From Nitrospirota bacterium (GTDB taxonomy: Bacteria; Nitrospirota; Nitrospiria; 2-01-FULL-66-17): a stretch of DNA of 64,000 nt. Positions 38,843 to 47,303 of the stretch are shown one piece after another. Made by a program: the position numbers and the translations under genes. The stretch's first letter is position 1, and every line of letters begins with the position of its first letter. Below the pieces are notes generated by a model, which saw only the letters and a program-made list of their open reading frames with translations, ran no database searches and was not told the DNA's origin. The stretch is from the NCBI GenBank assembly GCA_049325335.1, contig JBMOMC010000001.1:468193-532192 (forward strand), written 5' to 3'.

Positions 38843-40534
38843 TCACTCGACATCCGCTTCTTGCGTGACGCGGTAGACCTCTTCGAGGGTGGTCATCCCG
38901 CTCGCGGCTTTGGCCAGTCCGGCGGTCCGCAACGGCGCGTACCCGGCTTGAATCGACGCGGCTTTCATGGCCGACGCGGTCGCGCGGTTGATGATGAGAT
39001 CGCGCAGCGTATCCGTGACGGTCAGGAGTTCGAACAACGCGGTGCGGCCGTTGTACCCGGTGTTGCGGCAGCCCGAACACCCGGCGCCTTTGGCCGGAGA
39101 CAGGGCGCCCACTTCCGGCGCAATTCCGTCGAACACCCCGGACGGCGCCGCGGCGGGCTCGCGGCAGGAGGGGCAGACCTTGCGCACCAACCGTTGCGCC
39201 ACCACGCCGATCAGCGACGAGGCGATCAGATACGGCTCCACGCCGATATCGATCAGCCGCGCCACCGCGCTGGGCGCGTCGTTGGTGTGTAGGGTGGAAA
39301 ACACGAGGTGCCCGGTGAGCGCGGCCTGAATCGCAATGGTCGCGGTTTCGCGATCCCGGATTTCCCCGACCATGATCACGTCCGGATCCTGTCGCAGGAT
39401 CGACCGCAGTCCGGTCGCGAACGTGACCCCGGCCTTGGCGTTGACCTGCACCTGGTTGATCACGCGGAGTTGGTATTCCACCGGGTCTTCGATGGTTACG
39501 ATGTTGCGCGCCAAGGTGTTGATCGTGTTCAACGCGGCGCAGAGCGTGGTGGTTTTGCCGCTGCCGGTGGGACCGGTGACCAGGAGCAACCCGTGGGGTC
39601 GCGCCACCAACCGCTGCACCGTCTCGAACATGCCGGGCGCAAATCCGAGTTCCGGCAATTTGACGATGCCCTGACGTTTGTCGAGGATGCGGAGCACCAC
39701 CTTCTCGCCGTAAATCGTGGGCAAGGTGGAGACACGCAGGTCGATGTCCCGCTCGCCGACTTTCATTTGGATGCGGCCGTCTTGCGGCACCCGTCGCTCC
39801 GAAATATCCAGGTCCGCCAGAATTTTGATCCGGGACAACACCCCGCCCTGTAACCCCTTGGGCGCGGTGGTTACCTCCTGAAGAATGCCGTCCAGCCGAT
39901 GGCGCACGCGTAGGACGTCCACGTCCGGTTCGATGTGAATGTCGCTGGCGCCGCCGTGCACCGCCTGCGTGATGATCGTGGTGACGAATTTGACGACCGG
40001 CGTATCCTCGGCCAACCGTTCGGCCGCGGCTGCGGACGGTTCGTCGGTCTCCGCCGGATCGAGTCCCTTGACCGCCTCCTGAATAGTCGCGGTCATCCCG
40101 TACTGGCGTTCGATCGCCCGCATCACGTCCTGCTCGGTCGCCACCACCGGTTGGATTTCCAAGCCGGTCGCGCGCGCGATGTCGTCGATCGCCACCACGT
40201 TGAGCGGGTCCACCATCGCGAGCGTCAACGTGGTGCCCTTCTTGTAGAGCGGAATGGCCTGGTGTCGACGGGCCAATAACTCCGGCACGCGTTTGATCAC
40301 GTCCGGATCAATGATGACGGTTGAGAGCACCTGGTGGGGGATCCCGGTCTGGCGTCCCAACGTCTTGATGATGCCTTCTTCGGTGACGAACCCCAGCCCC
40401 TTGAGGATCGCGCCGATACGGCCGCCGTGACGCCGCTGCTCCGCCAACGCGGTCTCGAGTTGCTCGGGCGTCAACAAGCCTTCGGCCAGCAACATTTCGC
40501 CGATCTTTTTTCGTTTCTGCTGGGGCAGCGCCAT
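38843..40534 (-). CDS. mshE: assembly ATPase MshE/PilB/GspE with MshEN domain (set 1)
   Basis: KIGEMLLAEGLLTPEQLETALAEQ, ASDIHIEP, GPTGSGKTTT, LRQDPDVIMVGEIRD, CxxC pairs. Confidence 0.94.
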   Translation of the reverse strand: MALPQQKRKKIGEMLLAEGLLTPEQLETALAEQRRHGGRIGAILKGLGFVTEEGIIKTLGRQTGIPHQVLSTVIIDPDVIKRVPELLARRHQAIPLYKKGTTLTLAMVDPLNVVAIDDIARATGLEIQPVVATEQDVMRAIERQYGMTATIQEAVKGLDPAETDEPSAAAAERLAEDTPVVKFVTTIITQAVHGGASDIHIEPDVDVLRVRHRLDGILQEVTTAPKGLQGGVLSRIKILADLDISERRVPQDGRIQMKVGERDIDLRVSTLPTIYGEKVVLRILDKRQGIVKLPELGFAPGMFETVQRLVARPHGLLLVTGPTGSGKTTTLCAALNTINTLARNIVTIEDPVEYQLRVINQVQVNAKAGVTFATGLRSILRQDPDVIMVGEIRDRETATIAIQAALTGHLVFSTLHTNDAPSAVARLIDIGVEPYLIASSLIGVVAQRLVRKVCPSCREPAAAPSGVFDGIAPEVGALSPAKGAGCSGCRNTGYNGRTALFELLTVTDTLRDLIINRATASAMKAASIQAGYAPLRTAGLAKAASGMTTLEEVYRVTQEADVE

Positions 40535-40693
40535 GCGCGATACGCCGTGTGATCCGTCACACGAAAGGTGAATGTAGCAGAGACGGGCGATTCCGCAAGA
40601 TTCGGGAGACGAAACCGCTGGAAAACTGTGGGGAGGAAGGACGGTCGCGCAGAGGCGGGTTGTCTATCCGTCCGACCGCCGCGCCGCGGGGCG

Positions 40694-41248
40694 TTACGAT
40701 CCGCTCAACGCCACGGTCAGTTCGATGCGGGTCTGGGAGTGCAGGAGGATGATGTAGGCCGGCGTGACCTCCTTAAGCACCACGCCGCCGGCCACGGATT
40801 CGCCGCGGCCGACCGTGAAGGTTTCGCCCCCGCGCGACACGAACGCCTGATCGCGTCCGCCGCGACTCAGGTACACCAAGTACTTGTATTGCCCCAGCTC
40901 GACCCGCGCGCGCTGGGCCGCGAGCTCCTCCTCGGACGGCGCGGGGGGCGGCGGGGGGGGCGGCGGGGGCGCGGGGGGCGGCGGGGGAGGAGGTGGCGGG
41001 GGCACGTAGACGTAGATCGGCGCAAATACGTTGCGCGGCGACGTGACCGATTCCGTCGGTTGGTCCAACAATTCGAGTTTGAGGTGCAGTTGCGGGTCTT
41101 GTTGGCGGCCCAAGGCGGGCGAGGCCGTGGCACCTTTGGCGTATTTTAAGGGCGCGGTTCGTTGCGGTTCATGCGTGGCGACACGATACCCCAGCAGCGC
41201 CACCCACAACGCCGTTAACCCCAGCAGCCACTGTACTTTGCGGTCCAT
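40694..41248 (-). CDS. membrane-anchored polyproline protein, PilP/GspC-like position (set 2)
   Basis: N-terminal TM, RNVF motif, long Pro tract, small beta domain. Confidence 0.7.
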   Translation of the reverse strand: MDRKVQWLLGLTALWVALLGYRVATHEPQRTAPLKYAKGATASPALGRQQDPQLHLKLELLDQPTESVTSPRNVFAPIYVYVPPPPPPPPPPAPPPPPPPPPAPSEEELAAQRARVELGQYKYLVYLSRGGRDQAFVSRGGETFTVGRGESVAGGVVLKEVTPAYIILLHSQTRIELTVALSGS

Positions 41249-41252
41249 GGAA

Positions 41253-41768
41253 TTAGGTTGTTCGAAGGTAAACCGCGAGTTTGACTTGGACGTCGAGTTG
41301 CGCGGCCTCTTTATCGCGCGCGCGGGTCAACGACAGACTTTCCACGGCCAAAAACGGGCTGCTGCGCTCCAAATCATTGAGGAAACGCCGCACGTCCGCA
41401 TAGGGACCCGCGACGGAAAACAGCAGCCCAACTTTCTGAAAATCCTGCAGGTCCGCCTTCTCGGGTTGATAGTTGACTTCCGGAAGCTTCACCCCGCGTT
41501 TCTTGGCCAGCGACGACACGGTCGTCACCACCGAGGGCAGATCATCCCGAGCGATCGCGCGCGCGGTCAACGCGGTGACGTCGCCGTACGATCGCTGATA
41601 GTGTTGGTACTGCGCCATGCGTTCGCGCTCCGCCTTCCACGCGGCGTCGTGGCGCTCCGCGGTCCGGAGGTGCGGACTCACCGCGACCGCGTACACGCCC
41701 ACGTCGAGCGCGGCCATGGCCGCCGCTACGATGATGGGCGCGATCAACCGTTTGACGCGCGCCTTCAT
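41253..41768 (-). CDS. pilO: PilO/GspM-like protein (set 2)
   Basis: TM, GPYADVRRFLNDLE, VESLSL. Confidence 0.82.
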   Translation of the reverse strand: MKARVKRLIAPIIVAAAMAALDVGVYAVAVSPHLRTAERHDAAWKAERERMAQYQHYQRSYGDVTALTARAIARDDLPSVVTTVSSLAKKRGVKLPEVNYQPEKADLQDFQKVGLLFSVAGPYADVRRFLNDLERSSPFLAVESLSLTRARDKEAAQLDVQVKLAVYLRTT

Positions 41769-42349
41769 CGCGGTCCGCTCCGATACCGGCACTCGATCAC
41801 GAACTCGGTGCGGTTTTCCTCCGTCGCCCGCTGCTGTTGCAGAAATACGTCGTCGAACCGACCGCTCGTCTGGAGGGCGGTCATTAACGCCGTCACATCT
41901 TGCAAGGTCAGCGCCACGCCGTCGAGCGTCACCTTTTTAGTTTTGAGGTCGGGACGAATGCTGTTGACCGACACATTGCGAGGCACCACGGCTTCCAAAT
42001 CATTCAACAAGGCGGTCCACGAAAACGATTTGGCGTCGAGAATCAGGTTCAACCCCCCGACCTGTTTGATCAAGCGTTGCACCGCGGCGGGATCGTCCGG
42101 CGAAAACCCGGCCTTGCGCAACTCGTCGCGTACGCGCGACGTCTGCCGGCGGACTCGCTCCACATTGTCCTCCAGACCCGCCGCCTCCTCCCGGATCTCG
42201 CCACCCCACCACCACATCCCACCCGCCAGGCCAAGGCCCACCAATGCGAACGCATAGAGCGCGGCCGCGATCACGCGTGTCCGCGCGTACTCTCCGGACG
42301 AGAAGTTTGTCTGAAACGCCTCGGGAACCTGCGACAACGGAGCGGCCAT
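41765..42349 (-). CDS. pilN: PilN-like protein (set 2)
   Basis: TNF motif, TM, FSWTALLNDLEAVVPRNVSV, LDGVA. Confidence 0.85.
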   Translation of the reverse strand: MAAPLSQVPEAFQTNFSSGEYARTRVIAAALYAFALVGLGLAGGMWWWGGEIREEAAGLEDNVERVRRQTSRVRDELRKAGFSPDDPAAVQRLIKQVGGLNLILDAKSFSWTALLNDLEAVVPRNVSVNSIRPDLKTKKVTLDGVALTLQDVTALMTALQTSGRFDDVFLQQQRATEENRTEFVIECRYRSGPR

Positions 42350-42355
42350 CGCGGG

Positions 42356-43303
42356 TTATCGCCCCGCGGCCGCGCCGAGCGCGCCGGCTAACACGGCGAA
42401 CGCAGGCGGCGATTCGTCGAGTCCGCTCAGTCCCGACTCGCCGGGACCCAGCGGTTCCACGGTCAGATGGAACCGCTCCGCCAACGCCACGGGCAGCGCC
42501 TCGATCGGCTCCACCGTTGACAGAAAGAGATGGGTCACGCGCGACAGATCCTTTTCTTTTCCGTAGGCGTTGAGCGATAAATCGACTTCGTCCACGATCC
42601 TGGCCGCCGCGTCGGCGCCAATCAACGGGCGACGGGTGCCCTTAACGCGCACGTACGCGGGGCGGCCCCCGTCGAAGATCAGCACCGACAACGCCGCGAG
42701 CGTGATGGTGAGTACGATAAAGTGTTGGTCCGGTCGGGCCGCCTCCGCGATCCGCGCTCGAAACAGGTTGAACCGGTGAAACACGCCCAAGTCCATCACC
42801 TCGGGCTCGAATCCGGCACGGGCCAATGCGCTTTCGTACTGGCTGATGACCGGTTGCGCCACGGCGGAGCCGAGGATACGGATCCCCGCTTGCCCGTCGG
42901 GGCGGCTGAATCGCTGCGAGGTCAACCGCGCCGCCCCCAGTTCCACCGCGAACGCCTTCTCCAGATGCCACCGCACCAGTCGGTCGAATTCATCCGGACG
43001 GGCCGGCGCCGACGCCACATCGAACAACCCCACGCGCGCGACCGGATCGGGAAGCGCCACCGAGACCCGCCCGCCGCGACGCCCGGCCACCGCGCGCAGC
43101 GCGCGGTCAAAAGCCGCTTCATCGACGATGTTGCGCTCGACCGGCGACACCACCAGCATGCCGGAGGCGAGGGGCTCGCTGCGCCGCTCGATCACCACCC
43201 GACGCCGGCCGCTGCCGCGAACCCGCACGAGTGTCACCGCATCCGGTGCCAGGTCGAGCCCGGTTCGGACCCCGTGTCGCCATCCCATAACGCGCTTACT
43301 CAC
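42356..43303 (-). CDS. PilM/GspL-like cytoplasmic protein (set 2)
   Basis: GLDLAPD, VALPD, YESAL..AG, ALGAA; position between ATPase and pilN. Confidence 0.75.
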   Translation of the reverse strand: MSKRVMGWRHGVRTGLDLAPDAVTLVRVRGSGRRRVVIERRSEPLASGMLVVSPVERNIVDEAAFDRALRAVAGRRGGRVSVALPDPVARVGLFDVASAPARPDEFDRLVRWHLEKAFAVELGAARLTSQRFSRPDGQAGIRILGSAVAQPVISQYESALARAGFEPEVMDLGVFHRFNLFRARIAEAARPDQHFIVLTITLAALSVLIFDGGRPAYVRVKGTRRPLIGADAAARIVDEVDLSLNAYGKEKDLSRVTHLFLSTVEPIEALPVALAERFHLTVEPLGPGESGLSGLDESPPAFAVLAGALGAAAGR

Positions 43304-45021
43304 TCGATGAACGTGACCCGGTTGATCTCGCGCAGCGTGGTCTCCCCCCGCACGACTTTTTCCACGCCGGCTTGGCGGAGCGAGGTCAGGCCCTCAGCCA
43401 TCGCGGCCTTGCGGAGGTCGGACGACGGACGGCGATCCAGGATCATCTCGCGAATCGTGTCGGACAGATCCAAAAATTCCGTGATCGCCAACCGTCCCTT
43501 AAAGCCCGTGCCGTGACACTCCGGGCACCCGCGCCCCTGAAAGAAGCGCGCGTCGCGGTATTGCTCGAAGTTCAGCCCGGAGGTCTCGCACGCCTCGCGC
43601 GTGACCGGCGCGTCCTCGCGACAGTGCAGGCACAACGCCCGCACCAATCGCTGCGCCAGGATGCAATTGAGCGAGGACACGAAATTATACGGTTCGATGC
43701 CCATGTTCACGAACCGGCCGATCACGTCGAACGCATTGTTCGCGTGCACCGTGGTGAACACCAAGTGCCCGGTTAATGCGGATTGGATCGCGATCTGCGC
43801 GGTCTCCGCGTCGCGGATTTCTCCGACCATGATCTTATCCGGGTCGTGGCGGAGGATCGAACGCAGCCCCTTGGCGAACGTGAGGCCTTTTTTCTCGTTG
43901 ACCGGAATCTGCACCACGCTGCGCAATTGGTACTCGACCGGGTCTTCGATCGTGATGATCTTGTCTTCTTGGTTGTTGATCTCCTCGATCGCGGCGTACA
44001 ACGTGGTGGTTTTGCCGCTGCCGGTGGGACCGGTCACCAACACCATCCCGTAAGGCTCGATGATCGAGCGACGGAAGCGGCGCAAATCATCCGGGTTAAA
44101 CCCCAGGCGGTCCAACCGCAGTTGGTTGACCCCCGCGGTGATGTACTCCTTGTCCAGGATACGAATCACCACGGCTTCGCCGAAGATCCCGGGCAGGATC
44201 GAGACGCGAAAATCCACGGTTTTCTGCTCCATCCGCAGCTTGAACCGGCCGTCCTGCGGCACGCGTTTCTCCGCGATGTCCAGGTCAGACATGATCTTGA
44301 TGCGCGAGATCAGCGGCGCGTGGAACTTCGGGTCCAAGGGCTCCATGGCCGGGTACAACACGCCGTCCACCCGGTATTTGACCATCACGCCGCGGTCCGC
44401 GACTTCGATATGAATGTCGCTCGCGCGCTTCTGCAACGCGTTCAGGACCATGGTGTCCACCAACCGGACCACCGGGCTCGCGTCCTTGGAGATTTTTTCC
44501 ACGGAGAGTACTTCTTCCCCCCGGTCGTCCTCCTTGACCAACACCGGATGAAAATCCGCTTCGATCCGCTTGAGGACTTGCGAGGAGCCTTCGCTGCGTT
44601 TGAGCGTCTCCAAAATTCCGCTGCGGCTGCCGATCCCGAAACGGAGTTCTCGTCGCAACACCAGTTCGAGTTCGTCCAACAACGGCAAGTTGGTGGGGTC
44701 GGCCAACACGATCGTGAGCACACCGTCGCGGTCTTCGTACGGCACGAACGGATACCGGTACATCAATTCCACCGGAATGGTTTTGAAAAAGTCCTGATCC
44801 ACGAAGAATCCATCCAAGCGATAGTATGGGAGCCGCCACTGCTCCGCCAACGCCTTGGCCAATTGCTCCTCGTCGATGACCCCCTGTTCGATGAGCACCG
44901 CACCCAACCAACGTTGCTCGCGCATACTCTTGGCCGCGGCCTCGGCCAACACCTCGGCGTTGACCGTGCCCGCCTCGGTGAGGATGTCGCCCAGTCGTTT
45001 TTTGGAAAGAAACGTCCTCAC
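43300..45021 (-). CDS. gspE: assembly ATPase GspE/PilB (set 2)
   Basis: RLGDIL N-terminus, ASDIHIE, GPTGSGKTTT, LRHDPDKIMVGEIRD, CxxC pairs. Confidence 0.93.
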   Translation of the reverse strand: MRTFLSKKRLGDILTEAGTVNAEVLAEAAAKSMREQRWLGAVLIEQGVIDEEQLAKALAEQWRLPYYRLDGFFVDQDFFKTIPVELMYRYPFVPYEDRDGVLTIVLADPTNLPLLDELELVLRRELRFGIGSRSGILETLKRSEGSSQVLKRIEADFHPVLVKEDDRGEEVLSVEKISKDASPVVRLVDTMVLNALQKRASDIHIEVADRGVMVKYRVDGVLYPAMEPLDPKFHAPLISRIKIMSDLDIAEKRVPQDGRFKLRMEQKTVDFRVSILPGIFGEAVVIRILDKEYITAGVNQLRLDRLGFNPDDLRRFRRSIIEPYGMVLVTGPTGSGKTTTLYAAIEEINNQEDKIITIEDPVEYQLRSVVQIPVNEKKGLTFAKGLRSILRHDPDKIMVGEIRDAETAQIAIQSALTGHLVFTTVHANNAFDVIGRFVNMGIEPYNFVSSLNCILAQRLVRALCLHCREDAPVTREACETSGLNFEQYRDARFFQGRGCPECHGTGFKGRLAITEFLDLSDTIREMILDRRPSSDLRKAAMAEGLTSLRQAGVEKVVRGETTLREINRVTFIE

Positions 45022-46232
45022 TTGATCGTCCCCGCCAGATTAAAGATCGGTAAATACATGGTGATCACCACCACGGCGACCAACACGCCCATGGTCAACA
45101 ACATCGCGGGCTCGATCCAGGTGGTGATCCGGGTCAACGCGCGGTCCAATTCTTCTTCGTGAAAGTCCGCCACTTGATTGAGCATTTCCTCCAGCGCGCC
45201 CGTAGCCTCCCCCACTTCGATCATTTCCAACGTCATCCGCGGCATGAACCCGTCCACGGCGAACGCCGCGGCCAGGCCCGACCCGGTCTTGACGCGTTCG
45301 ATCACCCGCGACACGAGGGCCGACACCTCGCGGTTGGGCGTGGAGTCCGCCACCATCCGCAGCGCGGCCACCAGCGGAATCCCGCCCGCCACGATGGTCG
45401 CGAGCGTCCGCGCGATGCTGATAGTGTAGTGCGTGCGCACAATCGCCCCGGCCACCGGGGTGCGCAGCCACCAGGCGTCGGCCGTTCGGCGTCCCGACTC
45501 TGTCCCGCGCCACAGTCGAAACGCGATCACGGCCGCCGCCAGTCCGGCCGCCACGGCCCAGGCCCAGCGGCTTAGGAATGTCACGACGGCCATGAGCCAT
45601 CTGGTCGCGGTCGGCAGTTCGGCTTTGGCCTCGCGATAGACGTCGAGAAACGTCGGCATGACGAACATCAACAGGAATGCGATCACCGCCGCTCCGGCCG
45701 TGAGCAGGAAGGCGGGGTACGACAGCGCGCCCACGACTTTCTTGCGCACCGCCAAGACGCGCTTCATGAACACCTGATACCGAACCAGCATTTCCACCAC
45801 GTTCCCGCTGCGTTCGCCGGCCCGAAGCGACGCCACGTAGAGTTCGGAAAACTGTCGCGGGTGATTCGCCAGGGCGTCGGCCAATGCGGAGCCGCCGCGC
45901 ACGCGCTCGCGTACGTCGGCCAACACGTCCCGAAACGCGACGTGGCCGCTGCGCGCGGCCAACAGATCCAGGGCGCGCAGAATCGGCAATCCGGCTTTGA
46001 TCAGGACCAACAGTTCTTGGTTAAAGACCAGGAATTCCTGCGGCGACATCCGCCGCGACAGGCCGCCCCATCCGGCCGACCACGTTGTGAACGCGCCGGT
46101 GGGTTTGATGGCGAACACCACCACCCCGCGGCGCTCAAGCCGGCTCTTGGCGTCGGCTTCGTCCGCCGCCTCCAGCCGCTCCTCCAACACGGTGCCGTCG
46201 GCTTTGGCGATTCGACAGACGAAGGTCGGCAT
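45018..46232 (-). CDS. platform protein PilC/GspF (set 2)
   Basis: FNQELLVLIKAGLP, AGERSG, SYP, VGEATGAL, IEP, MYLPIF. Confidence 0.92.
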   Translation of the reverse strand: MPTFVCRIAKADGTVLEERLEAADEADAKSRLERRGVVVFAIKPTGAFTTWSAGWGGLSRRMSPQEFLVFNQELLVLIKAGLPILRALDLLAARSGHVAFRDVLADVRERVRGGSALADALANHPRQFSELYVASLRAGERSGNVVEMLVRYQVFMKRVLAVRKKVVGALSYPAFLLTAGAAVIAFLLMFVMPTFLDVYREAKAELPTATRWLMAVVTFLSRWAWAVAAGLAAAVIAFRLWRGTESGRRTADAWWLRTPVAGAIVRTHYTISIARTLATIVAGGIPLVAALRMVADSTPNREVSALVSRVIERVKTGSGLAAAFAVDGFMPRMTLEMIEVGEATGALEEMLNQVADFHEEELDRALTRITTWIEPAMLLTMGVLVAVVVITMYLPIFNLAGTIK

Positions 46233-46375
46233 CACCACGCTGGGCGGGCGTCAGCGCCGCGTCCTGCTCGCGAAGCAACCGAATGAGTGGGCAACCGCAC
46301 GTCCTTTACGCCGTGAAGCCTTCCGGCCGCGCGCGGCTGGAAGGCTTCAGCGACCGGTGTATTCACGCTACGGTC

Positions 46376-46404
46376 AGTATAGGAGATGGGGTACGCGATT
46401 GCAA
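46376..46404 (-). promoter_or_regulatory. sigma70-type promoter of set-2 operon
   Basis: TTGCAA-17bp-TATACT on minus strand. Confidence 0.65.
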
Positions 46405-46467
46405 GATAACCGCGCGCCGGCGCCGCGATCGTATCCCGGAACCGTCAGCGCACCCGGGAGCCCCGGA

Positions 46468-47268
46468 TCACCCGGTTTCCGCCGCTTTAGCGCGCTCCCA
46501 CAACCGATCCAACTCCGTGGCGGATAACTCGGCGAGGGGACGACCGGCCGCGCGTTCCATGTGGGCAAAACGGGAGGCAAAACGGCCGATGCTCCCCCGC
46601 AACGACGACTCGGGGTCCAGGTTCAACCGACGGGCCAGGTTCACCACGGTAAACAACACGTCGCCCAACTCGTGCGAGATCCGATCGCGATCCCCGGCCG
46701 TGAGCGCCTCGCGCAGCTCCGCGATTTCTTCGTCGAGTTTTCCCACCACGTCGTCGGTGTTGGCCCAATCAAACCCCACGCGCGCGGCCCGCGTCTGCGC
46801 GTGTTGCGCTTTGGCCAAGGCCGGCAGTCCCTTGGGCGCGCCGTCGAGCAACGACGCCCCGCGCGGCGGTTTCCCCTCGCGCTGCTTGATCTCATCCCAT
46901 TGGCCCACCACGTCGTCCGCGGTGCGCGCCCGCGCGGCGGCGGGGTCGAACACGTGCGGATGACGGCGAACCAGTTTGTCCGCGCACGAGCGAAACACTT
47001 CATCCAGCGTAAACGCCCCGGATTCGGCCGCGAGCTGCGCGTGGAACGCGATCTGCAGCGCCACGTCGCCCAACTCTTCTTTCAGCGCCTCGGGCGCGCC
47101 GTGGGCAATGGCATCCACCGTCTCGTAGGTCTCTTCGATCAGGTACGGCACCAGCGACTGGTGCGTTTGCTCGCGGTCCCACGGACAGCCGCCGGGCGCG
47201 CGCAACGCGGCCATGATCTCGGCCACGCGTCGACAGCCGCACGGTTCCTGATGGGAGGATTCGCTCAT
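46468..47268 (-). CDS. mazG: nucleoside triphosphate pyrophosphohydrolase MazG (two-domain)
   Basis: GCPWDREQT, EETYE, EELGD, KLVRRHPHVF, GFDW, ELGDVLF. Confidence 0.95.
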   Translation of the reverse strand: MSESSHQEPCGCRRVAEIMAALRAPGGCPWDREQTHQSLVPYLIEETYETVDAIAHGAPEALKEELGDVALQIAFHAQLAAESGAFTLDEVFRSCADKLVRRHPHVFDPAAARARTADDVVGQWDEIKQREGKPPRGASLLDGAPKGLPALAKAQHAQTRAARVGFDWANTDDVVGKLDEEIAELREALTAGDRDRISHELGDVLFTVVNLARRLNLDPESSLRGSIGRFASRFAHMERAAGRPLAELSATELDRLWERAKAAETG

Positions 47269-47303
47269 GCCGCGTGCTTCTACCACGTTGCCCCCCCTCC
47301 CCG

